Part shown: piece after piece, positions 58,128-64,000 of the stretch
Numbering within the stretch: position 1 is the first letter of the stretch
How the letters are laid out: each line of letters starts with the position of its first letter
Sequence record: DRR378314_2799
DNA: 64,000 nt
Direction: 5' to 3' (one strand)
Notes under the pieces: model-generated
Told to the model about the DNA's origin: nothing
Database searches by the model: none
The model's input: only the letters and a program-made list of their open reading frames with translations
Program-made: the position numbers and the translations under genes

Positions 58128-59273
58128 TTATGTGTTTTTCAGCAGCTCTTTGCCAATTATCTGTTTCATAATTTCAGAAGAGCCACCGGCAATCCGGGTC
58201 ATCCGGTTATCCGCCCAGGCACGGGCAATGGGATATTCCCACATATACCCATATCCTCCGTGCAACTGAACGCATTCGTCCAGCACTTGCATCAGAATTT
58301 CTGTTGTCTGCAGTTTTGCCATGGCGGCAGTCACGGCATCCAACTCGCCTTTTAAATGATCCTCCAGGCAGCGATCTACAAAATAGCGGAACATAACGGC
58401 CTGGGATTTGATTTCAGCCAATTTAAACTGGGTGTTCTGGAAATCTGCAATCGATCGACCAAAGGCCTTACGGTCCGTGGTGTAGGCGACCGTCCACTCT
58501 AGGGCCGCTTCAATGACAGCAACAGAACGGATGGCGATCACCAAACGCTCTTGTGCCAATTGTTCCATCAGGTGATAGAAGCCTTTGCCTTCCTCGCCTA
58601 GAATGTTGGTATAGGGGACGCGGACGTCGTTGAAGAACAGCTCGGATGTGTCTTGGGCCTTGTAACCAACTTTTTCCAGGTTTCTGCCCCGTTCAAATCC
58701 GTCTCGGTCTCCTTCCATCAACAGAAGACTTACGCCCTTGCCTTTGGCTTCGGGGTCTGTTTTGCAGGCAAGGACAACCAGATCTGCGATCTGTCCGTTG
58801 CTAATGAAGACTTTCTGGCCGTTTACAACCAGATCGTCACCATCACGAATGGCTGTCGTGCGGATATTTTGAAGGTCGGATCCGGCGCCCGGTTCTGTCA
58901 TCGCTACGGCGGCAATCACCTCACCCGTAACCATTTTGGGCAGCCATTTTTTCTTTTGTTCCTCAGTGCCATAATTCATCAGATAGGGGGCGACAATCTC
59001 GGAATGTAAATGAAAAGCCGGACCGGTTGCGCCGACCCTGGCGATTTCTTCACAGAAAATGGCGCTGTATAAAAAATCGGCGCCGGGGCCTCCATATTCT
59101 TCGGAGACGGTACAGCAAAGGAAGCCGGCCTCTCCAGCTTCGCGCCAAACGGATTTAGGGACCTGGCCGTCTTTTTCCCACTGATCATGAAATGGCGCTA
59201 CGCGATCTTCGGCAAATTTTCGTGCCGCTTCCTGGAATATGCGATGTTCTTCGGTCAGAAGTCTGCGTGTCAT
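58128..59273 (-). CDS. Acyl-CoA dehydrogenase (long-chain type)
   Basis: AMTEPGAGSDLQ, NGQK.FISNG, DTSELFF, QERL, QLHGGYGYM.EY. Confidence 0.93.
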   Translation of the reverse strand: MTRRLLTEEHRIFQEAARKFAEDRVAPFHDQWEKDGQVPKSVWREAGEAGFLCCTVSEEYGGPGADFLYSAIFCEEIARVGATGPAFHLHSEIVAPYLMNYGTEEQKKKWLPKMVTGEVIAAVAMTEPGAGSDLQNIRTTAIRDGDDLVVNGQKVFISNGQIADLVVLACKTDPEAKGKGVSLLLMEGDRDGFERGRNLEKVGYKAQDTSELFFNDVRVPYTNILGEEGKGFYHLMEQLAQERLVIAIRSVAVIEAALEWTVAYTTDRKAFGRSIADFQNTQFKLAEIKSQAVMFRYFVDRCLEDHLKGELDAVTAAMAKLQTTEILMQVLDECVQLHGGYGYMWEYPIARAWADNRMTRIAGGSSEIMKQIIGKELLKNT

Positions 59274-59478
59274 TTGAGAACCCTGTTTTTCTTTGTTTGC
59301 TTAATGGGATTTCCGGGGATTTTTGATGAAATCAAGGCAATAAGCAACCAAAAAAGTAAGCTAGCTTAGTAATTTATTTTTGATTTTGCCGTTGCTCCCT
59401 TATATTTCCTCTATAAAGAATTATTAAGAGAGTAGGGTGTATCTTGTTCCAGTTGCAAATGGACAGGGGTAAATTGGT

Positions 59479-60777
59479 ATGACGTCACTTGAGACGACCG
59501 TTCAGAATGAAACGAATACTGGCGAGAAAAAACGCCTGCTTCTTGTCGAACATTCGCCAATTTTTCTGGCGATGTTGGAAGGTTCATTGCGCGAAGTATT
59601 CTCCGGCGAAATTGATGTCTTTCAACGGTTCGAGGATTTAGAAAATGGCATCACCCAGCATCGGGATGATTATTTTCTGGCGTTGGTCTCTTCTGTGGTT
59701 CCCGGTGCCACTGATGGAGAGGCTCTTGAGTTTGTGCATAAATCTGGAATTCCGACACTCGCGCTTGTCAATTCCGGCCAAAGGGAGCTGATCAATCGGG
59801 TGAAAACGATTGGGGTTATTGATTATCTCATTAAAGAAAATGTGGGTGATCTGGATCTTGTCCGCCAGGCTGTCACACGGCTTGACAACAACCGCCATAC
59901 AAAGGTTTTGATTGCCGCAAGTCCGGAGGATGTGCGCCAATCGATCCGCTATTCATTGGAAAAACATCTCTTCAATGTGCGTGAGGTGGATAATCCCAAA
60001 GCGGCTTTAAAAGCAATAGAGGATAATGCGTCAATCCGGTTAGTGATTGCGGGTTTTGATGAAACCGAAATGCAGCATTTTGATTTCATCAAGAAATTGC
60101 GGTTGGGGCGCAAGCCCGAAGACCTGGCGATTGTTGGTGTGGCCCCGAAAGATGAAAATCGATTTGCCGCTGATCTGATCCGCTTCGGTGCGGATGACTT
60201 CATCCATGTCCCTGTTGATGTGGATGAGTTCGAGACGCGTATTGCCATGAATATGGACAAGATGGACATGTTGAACGAGCTCATGTTCCGCTCGACAACG
60301 GATCATTTGACTAAATTGCCAAACCGTATGTTTTTCATGGATTTAGCACCCAGTCTGTTTGCCAGTGCGCAGCGGAGACAGATAACGATCGATATCGCAA
60401 TGATCGATATGGATCGGTTTAAGCGGATAAATGATACCTATGGTCATGATGCTGGCGATGAGATCCTGGTGGAGGTCGCAAATGCGCTGAAATCAGTTCT
60501 TCGCAATACGGACGTATTGGCCCGAATGGGCGGGGAAGAGTTTTGCTTGTTGGCCGTAAATGTGGATAAAGACCATCAGGATAGCTTTTTCAACAGCCTG
60601 CGGGAAGCGATCGCCACGTTACGGTTTAATTATGGCGGTGAGGAAGTTCGCGTGACGGCCAGTATGGGCATCGCCTCTGAACTTGGGGACTCAGTTGAGG
60701 ACATGATCAACCGGGCCGAGAAAGGCCTGCATCAAGCCAAAAAGCTAGGTCGAAATCAGTGTGTATTCGTGAGTTAA
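59479..60777 (+). CDS. REC-REC-GGDEF diguanylate cyclase
   Basis: D.LT.LPNR, DMDRFK.IND.YGH.AGD, RNTD I-site, GGEEF. Confidence 0.92.
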   Translation: MTSLETTVQNETNTGEKKRLLLVEHSPIFLAMLEGSLREVFSGEIDVFQRFEDLENGITQHRDDYFLALVSSVVPGATDGEALEFVHKSGIPTLALVNSGQRELINRVKTIGVIDYLIKENVGDLDLVRQAVTRLDNNRHTKVLIAASPEDVRQSIRYSLEKHLFNVREVDNPKAALKAIEDNASIRLVIAGFDETEMQHFDFIKKLRLGRKPEDLAIVGVAPKDENRFAADLIRFGADDFIHVPVDVDEFETRIAMNMDKMDMLNELMFRSTTDHLTKLPNRMFFMDLAPSLFASAQRRQITIDIAMIDMDRFKRINDTYGHDAGDEILVEVANALKSVLRNTDVLARMGGEEFCLLAVNVDKDHQDSFFNSLREAIATLRFNYGGEEVRVTASMGIASELGDSVEDMINRAEKGLHQAKKLGRNQCVFVS

Positions 60778-60780
60778 GGA

Positions 60781-61122
60781 TCAGACGTGAAAAGAAGAGC
60801 CGCAACCGCAGCGTCCTTTTTCATTTGGGTTCTCAAAGGTAAATTTTGACTCTAACCCTTTTTCTTCCCAATCCATTTCCGTGCCGTTCACATACTGAAT
60901 GGCATCATGATCAATCAACAGGCGCACTTTGCCTGTCTCAATGATTGCATCATCATCTTTTTCTTCTGTCGCATAATCCATCGTATAGGAAAGACCGTTA
61001 CAACCGGTATTGGTGATCCCAATACGCAGACCTACAACAGGTTTATCATTCTGGGACAGCAGAGAACTCAGCCGGGCTTCGGCAGTATCTGTTAATGTCA
61101 TAATGTGCGGATTACTCATCAA
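60781..61122 (-). CDS. sufA: A-type Fe-S carrier (SufA/IscA, HesB family)
   Basis: GCNGLSY, F.NPN....CGCG.SF. Confidence 0.88.
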   Translation of the reverse strand: MMSNPHIMTLTDTAEARLSSLLSQNDKPVVGLRIGITNTGCNGLSYTMDYATEEKDDDAIIETGKVRLLIDHDAIQYVNGTEMDWEEKGLESKFTFENPNEKGRCGCGSSFHV

Positions 61123-61131
61123 CTCACCTTT

Positions 61132-61497
61132 TTAAAACATACCCAAATCAAGTTTTGCAGCTTCTGACATATTATCAGGTGTCCACGGCGGTTCCCAGAG
61201 GATTTCAACATCTACCTCTGAAATCCCATCTACGGTTATCACGGCATCGCGGACCCATCCCGGGATCTCACCGGCAACGGGGCATCCCGGGGCCGTAAGC
61301 GTCATCCCTACATATGTATGTCCTTTCTCGTCAATATCAATGACATAGATCAGACCTAAATCAAAGATGCTGACCGGGATTTCGGGGTCATAAACAGTGC
61401 GCAAAGCCTCGATCACCGGGCCTTCCAGAGGGGATGAACTGCTGCCTTCTTCGTAAGGGCCGGTTGCAACTGGCCTTTGTGTTTGCGAAACCGTCAT
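61132..61497 (-). CDS. SUF system DUF59 protein (SufT)
   Basis: YDPEIPV.I.DLGL.Y, MTLTAPGCPVA, W.PPW. Confidence 0.9.
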   Translation of the reverse strand: MTVSQTQRPVATGPYEEGSSSSPLEGPVIEALRTVYDPEIPVSIFDLGLIYVIDIDEKGHTYVGMTLTAPGCPVAGEIPGWVRDAVITVDGISEVDVEILWEPPWTPDNMSEAAKLDLGMF

Positions 61498-61955
61498 GTC
61501 ACGAACTCCGTACTTGCTTTTTCTGTGCCCTTAAATGCTGCCATCAAGGCGTGCCAGGGCAGGGTGGCACATTTAACTCGCATTGGGAACTGACGAACTC
61601 CGGCAAGGATCTCTAATCGTTCCGCGGTTTCTGACAAGGGCGCGGTCTCCGCCCCCTCTGTGACCAGTTGATGAAATTCGGTAAACAGATCAGTGGCTTG
61701 CTGTTTATTTTTCCCTTTTAGAATGTCAGTTAACAATGATGCCGAAGCCATTGAAATTGCACATCCTTTTCCATAAAAACTAATTTCCTGTATCCTGTCC
61801 GTCTCATCCATATTGCAATAAACCGTCACTGTGTCGCCGCAAAGTGGATTGTGGCCATGACCTGAATGTGTACAGGGTGAAATCTCTCCAAAATTTCGGG
61901 GATTTTTGGAATGATCAAGGATTACTTCCTGATACAAAGATTTCAGGTCATTCAT
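61494..61955 (-). CDS. sufU: SUF system NifU-family protein SufU
   Basis: LYQEVILDH..NPRN, NPLCGD, GCAISMAS, RVKCATL.W. Confidence 0.9.
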   Translation of the reverse strand: MNDLKSLYQEVILDHSKNPRNFGEISPCTHSGHGHNPLCGDTVTVYCNMDETDRIQEISFYGKGCAISMASASLLTDILKGKNKQQATDLFTEFHQLVTEGAETAPLSETAERLEILAGVRQFPMRVKCATLPWHALMAAFKGTEKASTEFVT

Positions 61956-61957
61956 GA

Positions 61958-63190
61958 CTAGCGAAAGAACTCCTGTACCATTTGAATAGATTTCACCAAT
62001 TCATCCACGTCCTGCTTGTTATTATAAAGCGCGAAGGACGCACGAACCGTTGATGGGACATCATAAAAATCCATCAGGGGTTGGGCGCAATGATGTCCGA
62101 CCCGCACGGCAACACCCGCCTGATCTACGATCGTGCCAATATCATGGGGATGAATACCGTCCATCGTGAAAGACACGATGGCGGCTTTGGATTTGGCCTG
62201 CCCGATGATTTTCACATTGTTAAGCTGACCCAATTGTTCTGTTGCATAGGCCAGTAAGGATTGTTCGTGGGCCGCAATTGCATCAAAACCAATACCGTTG
62301 GCGTAATCAATTGCTGTGCCCAGGCCAATTGCCTGGACAATCGGCGGGGTGCCAGCTTCAAACTTGCTGTGTCCGGTGGCAAATGTGGTTTTCTCGAAAG
62401 TCACGCGATTGATCATATCGCCGCCGCCTTGATACGGCGGCATTTTCTCCAGCCAAGCTTCTTTGCCATAAAGAACGCCTATACCTGTTGGTGCAAACAC
62501 CTTATGGCCAGTGAAGACGTAGAAATCTGCATCCAGATCCTGAACATCCACTTTCATATGGGGAATGGCTTGCGAGCCATCCACCAGAACCGGGATATCC
62601 CTGGCATGGGCCAACCGGATGATTTCCTTGATCGGCGTCACGGTACCAATTGCGTTGGACACATGTGTGATTGCAACGATCTTGGTCTTGTCACTGAGAA
62701 GCTTTTGATACTCCTCCATCAACAGGTCCCCATTTTCATCAATCGGAACAGCCTTGACCGTTGCGCCAACCCGTTCTGCAATCAGTTGCCATGGGACGAT
62801 GTTAGAGTGATGCTCAAGGTAGGAGAGAAGGATTTCATCCCCTTCACCGATCGCCATCTGCCCAAAAGATTGAGCGACCAGATTAATTGCTTCTGTTGTG
62901 CTTTTGGTGAAGATGATTTCATCCAGACTGGCCGCATTCAGGTGGGCGCGAACGGTCTCGCGCGCGCCCTCATAAAGTTCGGTCGATTTCTGGCTGAGAT
63001 AATGAACACCCCGGTGTACATTTGCATATGTCTGACTATAGGCTTTGGTGACTGCATCCAACACAACAGTCGGTTTCTGAGCAGAGGCGCCACTATCCAA
63101 AAAGGTCAGCCGTTTGCCATGGATCTCTTCCTTGAAAATGGGAAAGTCTTGGCGGATTTTCTCAACATCGAATGTGGTCATGTCATTCAT
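61958..63190 (-). CDS. sufS: Cysteine desulfurase SufS
   Basis: LDSGASAQKP, NVHRG.H, EHHSNIVPW, TGHK, R.GHHCA.P. Confidence 0.96.
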   Translation of the reverse strand: MNDMTTFDVEKIRQDFPIFKEEIHGKRLTFLDSGASAQKPTVVLDAVTKAYSQTYANVHRGVHYLSQKSTELYEGARETVRAHLNAASLDEIIFTKSTTEAINLVAQSFGQMAIGEGDEILLSYLEHHSNIVPWQLIAERVGATVKAVPIDENGDLLMEEYQKLLSDKTKIVAITHVSNAIGTVTPIKEIIRLAHARDIPVLVDGSQAIPHMKVDVQDLDADFYVFTGHKVFAPTGIGVLYGKEAWLEKMPPYQGGGDMINRVTFEKTTFATGHSKFEAGTPPIVQAIGLGTAIDYANGIGFDAIAAHEQSLLAYATEQLGQLNNVKIIGQAKSKAAIVSFTMDGIHPHDIGTIVDQAGVAVRVGHHCAQPLMDFYDVPSTVRASFALYNNKQDVDELVKSIQMVQEFFR

Positions 63191-64000
63191 CAGTCGCCTC
63201 GTGTTTCTGACAGCCATGAAGCCGCAAGCTGGGAGAAGAAGTTCCGGATATCTTCATTGTCAATTTCCTCCAGAACATCGCCAAGGAAGGCTTCAATCAG
63301 CATTTGGCGGGCAGTGTCTTTATGAATACCGCGGGCCATCATATAAAAAAGCGCGTCTTCATCCAATTCCCCGGATGTGGCGCCGTGACTGCATTTCACA
63401 TCATCGGCATAGATTTCCAGCTCCGGCTTTACCGCAACCTGCGCGGTATCTGACAGCAATAACGCTTTGCTCAATTGGTCACCAGCTACCTTTTGGGCAT
63501 CTTCATGAATATGGATCTTGCCTTGAAAAACGCCATGCGCCTTGCCATCCAGAACGCCTTTATAGATCTGCTTGCTCTCATTTTGTGGCACCAGATGCTC
63601 GGTCAGCGTGGTGGTGTCGCAATGTTGCTCTCCGCCAATCAGATAAGCTCCGTTCAATTCACTACTGACATCAGCGCCAATGATCCGGGTATGAAATTCG
63701 TTTCGCGACAGCTTTGCTCCAAGGGATAAGCTGAAGTTTGAATAGGTGGATCCTTTGGTCAGTTCAGCGTCGGTCAGCGCCAGATGATAGGCATTTGTGC
63801 TTTCATTCTGGAGTTTATAATGAGACAGGTTTGCCGCCTCGCCAAGCATGACAGTTGTCACCGGATTCGAAAAGTAACTGCCGCTCCCTTCGTGAATTTC
63901 CAGGATAGTCAGGGAGCTGTTTTGGCCCATAATAATTCGGTTGCGAAGATGCCGCCCTTCGGTCCCAGCAGTGTTTTGAAATTTGATGAGCAATGGGGCC
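63190..64000 (-). CDS. sufD: Fe-S assembly protein SufD (5' truncated)
   Basis: GVFQGKI, KPELEIYADDVKCSHGAT.G, LFY.MARGI. Confidence 0.95.
   Translation of the reverse strand, partial: APLLIKFQNTAGTEGRHLRNRIIMGQNSSLTILEIHEGSGSYFSNPVTTVMLGEAANLSHYKLQNESTNAYHLALTDAELTKGSTYSNFSLSLGAKLSRNEFHTRIIGADVSSELNGAYLIGGEQHCDTTTLTEHLVPQNESKQIYKGVLDGKAHGVFQGKIHIHEDAQKVAGDQLSKALLLSDTAQVAVKPELEIYADDVKCSHGATSGELDEDALFYMMARGIHKDTARQMLIEAFLGDVLEEIDNEDIRNFFSQLAASWLSETRGD

Noticed and set aside
62261-63325. 354-aa plus-strand ORF
   Set aside because: Antisense shadow of sufS/sufD; no recognisable motifs
1-64000. CRISPR arrays, IS elements, integrases, prophage or known anti-phage defence genes
   Set aside because: No regularly spaced repeats or corresponding protein motifs seen by eye

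Overview
Chromosomal 64-kb segment of a motile alphaproteobacterium. The flgBC-fliE-fliQR-flhB-cckA order and CtrA boxes support this; a Sneathiella/Rhodospirillales-like marine lineage is an inference. Contents in order: 3' part of tRNA-Ser(GCT); a GAF hybrid kinase; mixed accessory genes (TauD dioxygenase/TetR, DMT, VOC, an HTTM pair, a Cache protein, an SDR/HCCA-isomerase/PAP2 cluster, a nitronate-monooxygenase-family gene); a flagellar export/rod region with cckA; atuB/atuD-like genes; a ~19-kb cobalamin-dependent glycine-betaine/dimethylglycine/sarcosine demethylation and C1-THF cluster; an atypical regulatory triad; several hydrolases/oxidoreductases; a diguanylate cyclase; and the 3' end of a suf operon. 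No CRISPR array, transposase, integrase or prophage gene was seen. Most notable: (i) a signal-peptide EndoU nuclease plus a probable immunity-like gene translationally coupled behind fliO-fliP; (ii) Arg-rich terminal tails on all three partner enzymes of a corrinoid protein that has a very acidic N-terminus; (iii) a multi-hairpin candidate RNA leader before a Cys-less PfpI protein. All annotation is by eye from motifs and synteny; no database searches were run.
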